A stretch of DNA of 63,997 nt, filler included, from Basidiobolus ranarum (GCA_040143965.1; 5 parts of 5 records of this genome joined end to end with filler, not necessarily neighbours in it); one strand, 5' to 3'; counted from the whole stretch's first letter, positions 39,961 through 53,311 are shown. The notes: generated from the sequence alone by a model not told the origin. Program-made: numbers and translations.

Positions 39961-41111
39961 TACAAATATTCTGGATCAAACTTAGATCTGCTGGGATATT
40001 CAGACACAAATTGGGGAAGAGATGTAGAAGATAGGAGATCTACAACAGAATACTTATTTCTTTGCTGTAATGGAGCTATTTCTTGGAATTCATAGAAGCA
40101 ACCAACCATAGCACTTTCAACAACAGAAGCAGAATGCATGGCTGCTTGTAAGAAAGCAAAAGAAGTAATATATTTAAAAGAGCTCTTAACAGATTTGGGC
40201 TATTCTCAAAATTCACCAACTACAATATTTCAAGATAATCAAAGTTGCATCAAATTACCTAGAAAACCTATGTTTCATACTAGAAGCAAATGTGTAGATA
40301 TTAGACATCATTTTATTAGAGAAACTATAAAGAATAAATTTATTGACTTAACTTGTTATTCTACAGAGGAAATGATTACTGATATATTTGTTGAAGTATT
40401 TGGGAGCCTGTTGGAAGTGGTTTGGAGAATTAGAGGAATTGGTGGTTTTCACTTATTCATTTATTGAGTTGAAAGTTGATATTTATAGTTTTGTCAAGAT
40501 GTAAGCAAGCTAACATGTAAAATGTGTTATAGAAGGTCCCAGGAACATGTGTACAAAGTTTGGGGCTTCTAGCAGAAGTTTGAAAAATCTGTATATCTGA
40601 GAACTTCTAAGTTGGTGTCAATATTCTAAGTAAATTCCTTATGAGAATAATTGATAATATCTTAGTGAGTTATAAGATAACTAAGTACTAAGTTATATAT
40701 GACTATATAGGTGTTTAGGCAATGCTAATTTTAACAATATTAACCAAACCATTAGCTAGGCAGAAATTTGACTATTTAGTTGAGGGAAAGTGTTGAAATT
40801 AGCATTGCCTAAACACCAATATAGTTATCTATAGCTTAGTATTTAGTTATCCTATATTGAACTAAGATATTACCCATTTTTCTCAAGAGGAATTTACTAA
40901 GAAGTTTGAAGATAGGTAGATTTTTCAAAGAAGCCCCAGACTTTGCACACATGTTCCTGGGACCTTCCTTAACATATTCTACACATTTATTTGTTTACAT
41001 CTTGACAAAAGTGTAAATGTCAACTTTAAACCCAATAAATCAACAAGTGAAAACCACCAATTTCTCCAATTCTCCAAACCACTTCCAACAGGCTCCCAAA
41101 ATACTTCAACA
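39961..41111 (+). mobile_element. 3' end of a decayed Ty1/Copia element: RNase H, polypurine tract and 3' LTR (40791-41111)
   Basis: LLGYSDTNWGRDVEDRRSTT...ISWNS*KQPTIALSTTEAE...IFQDNQSCI...FHTRSKCVDIRHHFIRE...EMITDI[insertion]LTKPL. Purine tract GAGGGAAAG directly precedes the TGTTGAA...TTCAACA LTR. One in-frame stop. Confidence 0.93.
40389..40736 (-). mobile_element. Solo LTR (348 bp) nested antisense inside the Copia RNase H
   Basis: TG...CA termini. TSD ATATT at 40384-40388 and 40737-40741. Removing it restores GAT ATA TTA ACC AAA CCA TTA (DILTKPL). Confidence 0.93.
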
Positions 41112-43152
41112 GTTACAATGGTTGTGGCAAGTGTGAGTTTGAACAAAGTGTAGATTAGGTGGAGTCTGGGAGGACATGTACTCATTAGCAAAATAGATAT
41201 ATCAGTAGCTGTGTGAAATTACGTACATTACATTAGCTCTTGCTAATTCTTTTTGTCATGTATTGTGAAGGCACAAAAATATGAATATACCGTTGACGGA
41301 ATATAATGGTTAACTCTAGAAAAAACTAGGCCGCCCTAGAAGGAACTTTGTCCAAAAACCACATATCTGTCGGGTAGAATAAAGATGACTGTGGTACACC
41401 TATATGCGATCAAATCAGTTTATTCTAATAACTGTAGACTTCATTGTATATGTATGAGTACAGTTTGCCACTTAATAGTTAATAACACGAGCATCTTGTT
41501 TTGCAATCAGCGTCGTTGGATAACAGTTTTTGATAGGCATCGTCCGTGAATATTGATATTCTGACATGGTTTGCTCGATGGCCACAGAACGGTATGATTG
41601 CAAACGATCCATTGGATCTGTAAGATCACCCAGTCTAATGATCTAAGTAGAGTGTGTCCAAAGGATGAAACATAACAGCAACCCTGCCTTGGAGTTTCAG
41701 TATGTAATCACTGCTATCGTATCTGATTGGCCATTGCTCCTCTATTTGTGGTATTGAGAACCTTACGACTTCAATGGGTGGTTTATGGCAGGGGTCACAG
41801 TACCTAAAACTAGTTTAACTTTCCAATACGCACTGCACTTGAGTTAGAGATAGGTCCGGAATATTGAGTACCTCACGATCAAATAGATTCAGTGAGGGCT
41901 TTTCCAAGCCATTGTAAAATACGACTTCCTTTGATGGTGTCTTAGAAAGCCTCCTAGTATACTAACCCTAACCCTACTCACTGCAGAGCATATACTTAGC
42001 AAAGATTGAACCGCTGGGCAGCTAAGCGAATTTCTTGTCAAACTCTTGGCCTGCAAAAAAAGGCAAGGCCAATACATCAATGGGAGCTGTGTTACATCTG
42101 CCATTACTTAACGCCACAGAAAACTGGTTGAAACAGTGCTGGCACCAGACCTAGTCAGTAGATAGACCCTCTGAATAGACCAAGTTTTCAGAGCTAAGAC
42201 TTGAGCCTTTCTGGGTTGAAATAGAGTCCGCTATGTACACAGTGCACGATGGCACTGCTAAAGTAATCATTCGGAGAAGTTACACATAAAAGACTGCAGA
42301 AATCAGATGCAAATTCTGCCGTATCACTCCCACGAGCACATAAATGTAAGGAAACCAGTGGTATCGGGTAATTCGGTTCATAACATCATGAGACAAGTCT
42401 TACCTGGACACAGTAAACACCCAATCTGGTATGCACTGTGCACTTGTGATACAGCGTCTTACCAAATCAAATGGCTAATGTGTCGTGACCGTAGATCGAA
42501 ATATAAAATCACCGCTTCTTGGGCTTTACACGTAACGGTATCAAACCTGTCTCGAAATGCCTGATTTGGAACACAATTATATGAATAGAAATTTGGTCGG
42601 TACACCATTCAGGAAACGCCATTAGCTGGGCTGATAGCATGTCGTAATATGTCTCTCGAATAATGCGTCTTCCACGCCAGCCAACCAAGCGTCGCTAATA
42701 GGTTGTTAGTGCTTATCGTATGTAATGCGTTACCAGAGAATATGGATCTGGAATCTCGGCTCAATCGAGTCTGCTGGGCCTCTTGAGTGGTTGATATCAT
42801 CCAACGACTCCTCTACCCAGCTTGTTTTCTGAGTTGTGGTTCGTGGCAGCGGGCTCGAGTATCTTACGTGTTCCCAAACTTCTTCGACCCCGCAAGTCCA
42901 ATCACTCCGCCAAACATATCGTATTGGGTAATCAGCATTTGAATAATCTTGTGGTACTTGAGATCCCTATTTTTACATTTGCTACGAACTGTTCGCACTA
43001 TAATTGTGGACAAATCAGGAAACTGTGCCAGATCTCGTTAGAAAATGACTATGATACTTATAGTAAGAGCCAGATTTGCGCACTAATAGCTCTTTATAAT
43101 CGAGGCAGCCGCTCACCAAGAGTAGATTTTTCTTCCATCCTTTGTGAGCTTC

Positions 43153-44272
43153 ATGTTTTCCTATGCAGAACTATCTATGAAGCAATACTCGGAAAGTGAT
43201 CCTGTCACAAACGCTGAATGGGAAGCATACTTTCACCACCAACTATTGCTTTCCAACGGCACTCTTATAATATATAGCTTGATTGCCGTACTATATCTGA
43301 CAGGAATCTGGAGTATTCTCAAAGTTCATCCTTTACCTCCATTTCGCCCAATGGTCACGTTGTGTCTTATAAACTGTATTTGCGGTCTCTGTGGCTCTAT
43401 TGTTATTATATGTTACTATTTCTTATTTGACATCAACTGCATTGCTCGAAATGTATTCTCGCTCATCCTATTCCAGATCTCTGCATCTTGTACAGACATA
43501 GTACTGCTTATGAGGGCATATGTCGCCTGTGGACGACAAAGATCTCTTGTTTATTTCGGCGTGGTATTGTGTTCCAGTAAATATATTCCTTTCGGTTGGG
43601 TATTGGCCAACGTTAGTTCTTCTTTATCGGTGGTGCTCCATGTCTGCCAGTACGCCGACCTTCCATCCGAGCTCAACTATGTGATGATAATGGATCTCGT
43701 TACCAACTTCTTTTTCTGTATACTTTTCATTATCGCCATACGAAAGCATATTCATCTAATCAAGACCGAAATCGAGCCTGCACTCTTCCCAACCCACAGA
43801 TCCCATCGAATGAAGTCCTACTATCGAATTGTCAAAAAAACCATCCATTTTTTTGTGATCAGTGCGGTTAGCATGTTCGTAGTCATCCTAATGACACTTC
43901 TAACCAACATTCATACGAATAGCACCATTCTTCCCTACTATTTTGGCAGTAAGTACACGTTCACTATGATGTATAGGTTGTTAAAGTTCACTTTATTAAT
44001 TCATATTTGCTTGACTAGTGGCTATCGCAACTAGATTTTTGACGAATGCAGTCATGTCCTTTCAACGGAACGACCGTCCTGATTCTTCATCCCAAACCCG
44101 CACTGCTGTAGCTGGTTCCAATTTCGACGCTGCTGGAGAGTTTTCTTCGGAAATGCCATCGATTATCATATCCACTTCTAGTATTAGGGGTGATTCACCT
44201 CCACCTTCACCCAATTCCGAGAAATACTCTTTAAACGAAGTCATCATAGATCCCAAATCCACTGAGCAATAA
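43153..44272 (+). CDS. Multi-pass (about 7 TM) membrane protein, GPCR-like, 2 exons
   Basis: Intron 43949-44018 (GTAAGT...CTAG) joins the two ORFs in frame. About 7 hydrophobic segments, Cys before TM3 and in the second outer loop, Ser-rich tail. Confidence 0.65.
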
Positions 44273-45498
44273 TTAATACTGGCCGTAGCATGGAATACTG
44301 GATATTCTTTCCCATTTACATTCAAGTACTATATTTATTGCAACTATTCTCCTTGTAAACCTCATTCAAACTCATTGTACATATCCATTCGCTCCATGAC
44401 ACTAAAATTGAACGGTGATGGTCTTGAGCATTAGAAGTTTTACCCTATAGATTTATGTATCATATCTCCTAGAGTTGTTCTTCATTCCCTTATCTAAACC
44501 CCATCAGACACACATCCACTCACTTCGAAATATACCTTGTATAACTCGAATATTTCCACTTAATAAACCCAATTCACAGTATATTTGTATGAGCATTATT
44601 ATTACTTTGACACTAAGTATAACAGATATTGTGTCATAATTTCGTAATTTCACTTGTCGATTTATCTGGATAGATACAACATGACTGTCTTCAGAATCGG
44701 ATATTTTTACCCCGATAACAGAGATCTCAACACCCGCGACTTGAAGTCTAGAGTATATAGTATCAGTAAATTCTGCATTAGAAATTTGGCATCCCACATC
44801 ATACTGATATAATCTATTCCGAAATAGTTCCAAAAACAGTATCCTAATATTACAAAACTTAGAATTTCTATAACATACAATAAAATCAATTGAGAGTACG
44901 CTTAGAAATCAGATGATAAGTCATATGTGTTAAGGGGCCGCGGGTTTGTCACTGTGATTTCAACCCCTTAATCAAACACAGCATGTGTATATATACCGAT
45001 CGGATAAGACCTGATTGAATCACGTTGCTTTCTCTACAAGTCTAGATATCCAATTATCCCACGCAAGCCAACGATGAGAGGTTAGGTAGGAATGGTAGGA
45101 ATGGTCGTTTGCATCAATGACTCAAAACAATCAAGGAATGTCTATGTTAATGAACGTTTAATGATTGAATATAAATATACAATCTGTCTAGCCTTATCTC
45201 AGCACTACTCTAATATTATTGTGACTGCGATAAAATAAGTTTCCCTGCATTGCTTGAAATAGTACTAATCATGATAGATTCTAAAAATGCAGCAGGCGAT
45301 ATTTACCTTTGATATAGCGTCGTTTAAATTGTTGATCTATCACTTGTTTCAACGGATGTTTAACCTCAACCTGTAATAATTCACACTACCAACTAGTCCA
45401 GATAAGTTAGGCCTCCTTCACGAACATAAAGTACATATAACAGAGCTGTGAAATATTAGTACTAAAATAATAACCGTATATCACCAACAATTGAGAAC

Positions 45499-48400
45499 AT
45501 GTCAGAAGCACCACCAGGTTTATTGTACTTTTCCATTGGATTCGCCTCTGTTTATATGGTACTTTCAGTTTGGCGACACGTTGGAAGTTCGAATAAAAAA
45601 AGCAATGTACGTCGCTCTCTTCTTAGAAATTGGAGTCAGAGACATTTAGAAGATTGTAAGAGTATTCCACTTATATAACTTTACCTAGATCAACGGGTTT
45701 AAAGCATTTGAAACCACAGGTATAAGCTCGAAATCTCTCGCTGATTTAGCGCGTTGCAATAATGTTAGTTTGCAAACAAGGTAGTAGAATATTTACTTTA
45801 CAAGATATAAATATCGGTATAGTTACTTACTATGATTGCCGTATTCTTAGTGCTTTTCGTTTACTATTGGACAGGGCTATAGCAGGTAGGAGATAAGTAC
45901 TTTGTTTCACGTGAAAACCTTGACTTTTAGTAAAAGCCAGTATCTTTTTAGAGCCACACTTGGAATTTCTGATAAAAGCATGCAAGCGAAGTAATAATGA
46001 AGAAGCGAAACTGAAAGCCGTAACTACACTTCAATTGTTATCTAGAAACGGTATGTTGATACGGGATGTCATATGCTAGAATACATATATGCCTAATTAT
46101 GATGCTTCTATCAGATGACAACAAGGTGCTACTAATCAACGCTGGAGCTCTGGAAGCATTGGTGGAAATATTGAGCAACGAAAATAGAGAAATCACTCAT
46201 AAACACGCAGCAGTCATTTTATGTGATTTAATCAACGGACATGGTATGTCACGATCAAGGATCCAGAGCAATTTAATGATGAAAATGAGTTATTGATACA
46301 GCCAAAGTCTAACTTCATACCCTACTTCTAAGATGATCGTAAGAGCGAAATCGTACAATACGGTGTTATCGAACCGCTGGCAAGGTTTCTTCAAAGCTTC
46401 AATGTTTACAGCAACGAAATGAAGTATTGGACATTGATGCTAGTGTATCATCTCTCATTCTCAGGTTCGTTTATTTAAAGCCCATCCAAGAAGTGTAAAG
46501 TGACAGCTATTAACGCAAATATGCCCAAGTAGAGGATATACATCCACAGATGATTCGTGCCAACTTCATTCCTCTCTTGGCAGACTTGACACGTAAAACT
46601 TTTGGGAATGTGAATATGCCCAAGGTGTGCCTCCAAACTCTAGTACGCATTGTTGCATCGATGGAGCCTTCAGGTAGGAGTGCCAATAGAGAATGAAAAT
46701 GAATTTACGAACCAACATTCAATTTTATCGTAGATGCCATTCCTCAGTTGTATATGCTCCTTGATTACAAAATAGACTCTTTGATATCTGCTTGTCTTCG
46801 TAGTGGTAGCTCATCTCTAGCATTCTAACCTCCAAACGAACACCCATGTTAACTATGATTTTCCAATTCATCATAGAGGATGGGGAGTTGATCTATTGGG
46901 CCATTGGATTGATGCACGAGTTTGTTGTTAAAGGTACAGAGATTTACTTGATCATCTATGTATCTGAATGCTAAGCGACTCTTCAGACGTTGCACGGCCT
47001 ATGTTCCGTCAGATAAGAGGGATCCTCAAACTCATCACAAACCTACTAAGTGCCGAGGAAGCATACATATCTAAAATTGCATTGCGAACTCTGCGATTTC
47101 TGGCTCTACACAATGGTAATGTCGAGGTCTGGCTAACCCTACACTTGGCCACTTATTGATAGGGTTTTTACGATCTTTAGAGAGCTTTCAAATTAAAATC
47201 ATCACCTCTGGGACTATCAAGAAGATTGTCACGTGTCTTTCAAGTGAAGATGAAGATGTTCAATACTGGGCATTGGCTCTTCTGCATGAGGTGACAAGTC
47301 ATGGTAGGTAGAGAATGGTGCACATAATCATGAGGTAGTTGCTTATCGTCGTCTGCATCTAGCACAAGCTCATTCTGAGATCATCGACGCCGGAGGTCTA
47401 CCTTTGCTCTTAGAGCTTGATTCGTCAACCAATACGATTGTCCAACTGTATCTGGTGGAGATCCTGTCTTACTTGTGCTCGTCAGGTATTTGAAGAGTAT
47501 TTGTCCATCTTCAATGTAGCGTTCTGACCATCCAACTCTAGTTAAACACCATGAGGTACTGGTGAACCAACCTGAGCTACTGGATGTTTTATACCAGTTC
47601 TTGAGAGCAAATGATTATGACCTCCAGTATTCAGCTACAGCGATACTTTTCAACCTGGCTTCGATGTCTAGTAAGGTTCCACCTGATCACTTTGAAATCT
47701 GGCAGCAAGCTAACAATCTTCCATTTTCTTGAAGACACAATGACTCAAAAGATCATCCAGTCATCTTGCACTAATCAACTCATGTTGCACATCTTGAACG
47801 GAGATCGTGGAAAAATTCAAAGGACCTGCGCCAAAACCTTGGTGATCCTGGCTAATCATGGTAACTCTATAGTGACTTGTTTTACTTTGGATTTAGAGCT
47901 GACTTTCATCTAGAGACGAGCTTTTTTCAAAGGATTTTCACAATGATTGTGGAGCCTTTGATAGAACACATAATCGATCTGGGAGAGGAAACAATCCTAA
48001 GCTTGGAGACTGACTTCTATCCCGACAACATCAATAGAGAGTTCTTCATATCCAACGAGCTTCGAACTGATCGGCCATTGCAACTGCGTAGAATTACTTC
48101 GAACGATATGAAAGCCACGGATGAATTTGATTTCAGGATGATCCTTCCCTCAGCACTGTTGGCGGAGCGGTTCATAAGCTTCATACGAACGCTACATATT
48201 TTTGTGGAATATGATCGTGCTTTCGAAGACTTTGTTTCTCAAAACCAGGATCCCCAAACCGGAGAGTTGTTGGAAGGAGAACTTACAAAACTACTCCGTA
48301 TCTTGGTGGATATGACTTCCTTACCCTTGGTCAATAGCAAGATGTCAAAGTTAGATGGAGATCAATACTCAGTCACATATAAGCCCTGGGATGTAGATGG

Positions 48401-50774
48401 CGACTCACGAAGCAACCTTTCTTGTATGGTCCGGGATTTCTATCAATCAACCGGTCCAGAAGCCATCGCTTCTTCACCAGACGCACATCAAATCTCCCCC
48501 AACTCTGATGGAGCATTTGGGCTATCGTTTGATTCATGTTACGAGGATGAAAAGGATACCAGCGAGATGGAGATCGACACAAAGAACACCAAAATTTCCC
48601 TATGTAACTATTCCTTGAATGTATTAGTGGCTTTATCTAAATATGGCATCATTAGAAGGTACTTGATGGACCATGATTTCTTAAAAACCGCTCTACTGGT
48701 GCAACAATTATGTCGACCAGCACTGGAGAATTCCGTCATTGCTATATCGATCATGCTATCCAAAAGTCATATTCAAAAATGCTTAGAGTCCCCTGAAATT
48801 CTCATCAATGCTTGGCGCGGTCTGTTCAAACCCTTAACCCAAACATCCACCATTCTATTCTACACTCAGATGTTGCTTAGCCATTGCTCGAACTACTCCC
48901 TTGGCGCCTGTGAATCTGTGAGTAGAACGCGGTATTTGGGATTAAGTCGGGCTGATCGAACGAAACATTTGATCATATTGAAAGATAATTTGGAGGTGCG
49001 TAATGAGTTGTGGACATTCGGAAGCGTTAGGGCGGCTAGAGGAGTCCAAGGAAATGGTAGATATGCTTACGAGGTCAGATTAAATACGGATGGCTTAGTA
49101 CAGTTGGGATGGGCGTCGAAACTGTGTAGATTCGACCCTGAAGGGGGTTCTGGAGTTGGCGATGACATACATTCCTACTCCTATGATGGCCAGAGAAGTA
49201 AAAAATGGCACGGAATATGTCCCGTCAATAATCAATATGGCGATAAATGGTGCATAGGAGATATAATCACGTCATGTCTCGATCTCGATAATGGAATTAT
49301 AGAGTATTATAAGAATGGTGTGTACCTCGGGATAGCGTTTAAAAATGTCTCCACTGATACAATATGGTATCCAGCTTTGTCACTTGCTTCCGGTCAAGGG
49401 TGTAAAACCTATTTCGGCGGAAGATTGGATCCCTTAAAGTATCTACCGAAAGCATATGAACCTGTCGCTTTAATCTTGGAGTTTAGTAAGATCGGAATCC
49501 ACATTACAACAGAAGGGAAATCGGACATATCAGTTAACTCGAGTCTAGGCTCACTTGGTATTGCTTCAGGTAGGAGTAAAACTGCGCCAGTTGATACCAA
49601 GTCCTCACCTTCAGATACAACTCCATCCGACCTGGGACAAGTCATGTTTTCCTCCACACCCTGCTTTACTGAGGAGCCAGACTTTATGAGTGTATCAGAG
49701 GAAACATCCCCTTCTATTCTCAGCCATGCCGCTTTATCCTCTACTCCAGTTGAAAGTGAAGAATGTAGTCCTAGTCACGAAGGCCTCGAGGATATTTACA
49801 ATGTAGGACGGGAAAACCAATTTGAAAGCATAAATGGGACACGTCACAACATGAAATCCGGCAGTATGGAGCATCAGAAAATCACGAACGAGCAGGATTT
49901 CATGATCGAAAGATGGGGCTCAGACCCAGCAGAAGCATTCTACCACTCGTTGAAGAATGGCGAGGAGCATGAGGACGGCGATGAGGATGACGAAGATTAC
50001 ATGTTTGATATATTGGAGCCACAAAGCACACTTGATTCTCATTCAGAAGGAGTCCCGGAATTAATGTTTCCAGATAGTGACCTTGATCTACCTTTTTCTC
50101 GAATGCTGAGACTGCGAGGGATTAGCCCCAATATCGACTTGCCTGAACCAAACTTCATTGATGCGTTCTACTACGAGATTCTTCTCGGACTGAAAGGATT
50201 GATTGATGGACTGTAGGTACCACTATATTTAATTCCCTCACAAATCAATACTTATTCCCTCTTTCAGGTACCCTCAAATCGGCATGATCGACCGAGATAA
50301 CACAATCTACATGTTGATTGTCGGGGATAATGAATGCTTCACTGCCATCATTAAGCACGCATATCTTGATGAGACCTTCTTTAGAAATACCCTTCCAAGT
50401 AATGTTGAGTCTTATACTGAGAAGGAACCCAACCTTCACAGCGACATCTTATCTCTCGAGAAGCTTGAAATCACCAGTCCAATTGTGCATGGAGATTGTG
50501 TAGGATGTGGCTATTCTAAAGAAGAAAAATCCATATTTTTCACATCTAATGGAAACCTCTTAGGTAAGTCACAGTTCTCATTCTGGATTGAAAGTTATAT
50601 ATCTTACGAGTTACTCACTTTTTTCATTGAAACATAGCACGTATACCGGTCTCCAGTAAAACCCTACTTCTACCATATATCCGACATATCCCTCGTTTGA
50701 TCAGCAACTTTGGCCAAGAGAAGTTCAAATACCAACCGGCATATTCTATCGTTTCACAAATGCTGGATGTGTAA
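45499..50774 (+). CDS. N-terminally anchored armadillo-repeat protein with two SPRY/B30.2-like domains, many exons
   Basis: ATG 45499, TM GLLYFSIGFASVYMVLSVW. Short exons encode ARM-like repeats (LLINAGALEALVEILS, IVQYGVIEPLARFL, EDEDVQYWALALL). SPRY1: FGSVRA...GRYAYEV...GLVQLGW...GVGDDIHSYSYDG...WCIGDIITSCLDLDNG..EYYKNGVYLGIAF. SPRY2: YYEI, PQIGM, GDCVGCGY..IFFTSNG, NFGQEKFKY. TAA at 50772-50774. Confidence 0.8.
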
Positions 50775-51255
50775 TACAGTGAATCGATTTTTATTTGTTA
50801 TTCTAATAAATCTCCAAGGTCCATTGGGGAATAGCCAAGCGGTTGTCTTATTGTTTATTTTATGAGAGGAGGGGGAAAGTGATCCGTGGATATATTAAAG
50901 TAAAATGGATTGTTGCAGAAGAAATGTATAGTAGTATGGAAACTAAAGCAGCCATGAAACCTCCTACCAATTTTTTAAAGCACTTAAAATAGGTCTAAAA
51001 AGAACTGAAGAGTGGAATCAAACATCTTATTTGTTGGAAATAAGAGAGCATTGGTACGTACAAAATGAAGAGAGAGAAATCTTATCAAATAAGAGTATAA
51101 ATACAAAAGATCGAGAGGAACAATAACAAAAGCGGTTGAGACTCTAATGGCTATGATAAGAGATTCCAAGATCTAGGGGTCACTCGAGTGAATTCAAATA
51201 ATATACGTTCTTAGAGTCTAGCATAAAGGCAGAGAGACAAAACAGTGAATGGTCA

Positions 51256-52954
51256 CTATGCCCTATCATAATCATCATCATCCATAGCACGCCAACGTTG
51301 AGGCTGAGCACCAAAAGCATTGGGCGTTGCAGTGCTAGGGTTAGGAGTAGAGTTTCCACCAAAGTTAGACACTCCGTAAGCACCGGGATTTGGGGCGGGG
51401 TTATTCATATGAAAATTGTTGTAGGGAGGCAAATTTCCGGGTGGATAGTGGTTGTCTGGCCTCATATGTAACGACTGCGAATCACCAATGTGATTTGCAG
51501 GATGAGAAGCTGTGCCAGAGGGTGTATTGCTGAAGGAAGCAACCGGGATAGAAGCAAATTGCTCGGATGTGTTCCTGTCAGTAGACTGCACCGCATTCGA
51601 AGGTGGGTAAAACGTTTGTCTAGATGAATTGTTGTCGGGAATATATGTACGATCTGGCTCCTTTGAGCCATCATAATTCATTTGAGTAGGGATATCAGTG
51701 GTGGCATCAGGGAGCTTCTTGGGGCTGTTTGTTTGACCCAAAGAATCCGCATTATTGTCACTATAACCTGGTAAATTCCCATTTGGACACAATTCTGCGA
51801 ATTTAGCATCAAAAGCTTCCTGCATTTTTTCGGCGTCCACATAAACCCAGGAGCCTTCTTCGTTGAAAGTCCTTGCATTGTTGAACATCAAGTGGAAGTC
51901 ATCACGAAACTGAAGAATTGTCTTGTAATAGGAGGTCTTCATTCGCTTTTTGATGATATTCAGGGCAATAGGTTGTTGAATCATGATATAATATTGCGGG
52001 TAAATTTTCTTACTCGGTAGTTCGTTAAAAAGTAGACAACGTTGACGGTTATCATCTTCAGGATCTACACATTGCTCCACTACATCATACAGTTGTTGGA
52101 ATATCTGCGTCATAGCTTCTCGAATGTGAGGTGGATGTGGATCTGGACCATATGGATCTTTGGTCTTCCTCTTTTTTCGCGATACATCCTCATCTAGAGA
52201 CTTTTTCTTGGGCCGACCACGTCGAGGTGGATCGTTACTGGTGACACTAGCACCATCGTCATATAAATCATCTCTTTTTGCTCTACCACGTTTACGTGGT
52301 GGTAGAGGCTTGGTGTCCGAGGCGTCAGTATCCACTTCACCATCGTCGTCGCCCAGACTATTTCCACGACGCCTGTTCCTCTCTGCAATTAGCTCAGTTA
52401 GATCTACATTATCATCCTCAATGGCTTCCAACCACTGCTCTTCGGTAAGACCATCGTCGTATCTAATATCCCCTCTAGCACGGTGGCCACGACCATGATT
52501 TTCGGTGTCTCGTTGCTTGCGAAGATCTTCCATGTGATCTCTAAGATAAATTTCTGGCAGTTCATATTCTTGTATAAGGCGTTCAGGCTTCTTGCCTCTA
52601 CCGCCTGCTCTACGCCAAGCATCCTCAGCTTCGCGATCTTTCTCCACATCCATCTGTTTAAATATCCTCAGCTCTTCATCACTTCTGGCGATGATTTCAT
52701 TCAAGTCATCATCGTTAAGTTCTTCGTCCATGTCACTTTCATGAGAATGGTCCACTTCCAGAAGATTCCGCTAATTCCCGAGGAAAAGGAATGTGAGTTA
52801 ATAGGAATTTCATGATTCACAAAGACAACTAGCTTAATCTTTACCAGAAATGCTTCCCGTTCCTCGGCGGTACTCTTGTTGTCGAATTAACCTGCTTGAA
52901 TAACCATTCAAGCTATATCTAATTTGTATTTGGCACGTGCCAGGATGGTTTCTT
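51256..52954 (-). CDS. SNF2: SNF2/Sth1/Snf21 chromatin-remodelling ATPase, 3' part (helicase tail, SnAC, bromodomain)
   Basis: ILARA.YKLDI..VIQAG.FDNKSTAEEREAFL, LNEIIARSDEE..IF..MD, RLIQEYELP, YDDGLTEEQWL and a bromodomain LFNELPSKKIYPQYY.MIQQPIAL...MFNNARTFNEEGS.VYVDA. Two stops in the contig-terminal exon. Confidence 0.9.
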
Positions 52955-53054
52955 NNNNNNNNNNNNNNNNNNNNNNNNNNNNNNNNNNNNNNNNNNNNTT
53001 AATTAATTAANNNNNNNNNNNNNNNNNNNNNNNNNNNNNNNNNNNNNNNNNNNN
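52955..53054. other. Artificial contig spacer
   Basis: 100-nt N run with TTAATTAATTAA. Confidence 0.97.
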
Positions 53055-53311
53055 ACATTGCAATTCTGGGAAGGGCGTAGTCAAGAATTAGTTCGTGGGT
53101 TTACCAGCCTATTCGGCACTGAAAGCGTTGTGGTTAGTGTTTAGTATATTCTTTTTCCACTGCTATTTCTCTAACTGAATGAATCTAGCACAAAATTCTA
53201 CGCATCCGAAGTCAAACCGGGTCCCCCATCACAAGTGACGATGAAGGGCCTAAGCCTAATTCTGAAACGCCACTTCCGCTCCAAACGCCTCCCAACATCT
53301 CCTCTAGGTAA
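53055..53311 (+). CDS. PCT1: 3' end of probable choline-phosphate cytidylyltransferase (last two exons)
   Basis: LQFWEGRSQELVRGFTSLFG resembles the CCT amphipathic helix (WEEKSREFIGxFLxxFG). A GTTAGT...CTAG intron is followed by a Ser/Pro-rich tail ending TAA 53309-53311. Confidence 0.55.

Noticed and set aside
52880-52954. In-frame TGA and TAA in the SNF2 exon (KLDIA*MVIQAG*FDNK), suggesting recoding, selenocysteine or a pseudogene
   Set aside because: The stops replace conserved Gly and Lys and cluster with other mismatches in the last ~75 nt of a contig, while the rest of the gene is intact. Low-quality read end is most likely.
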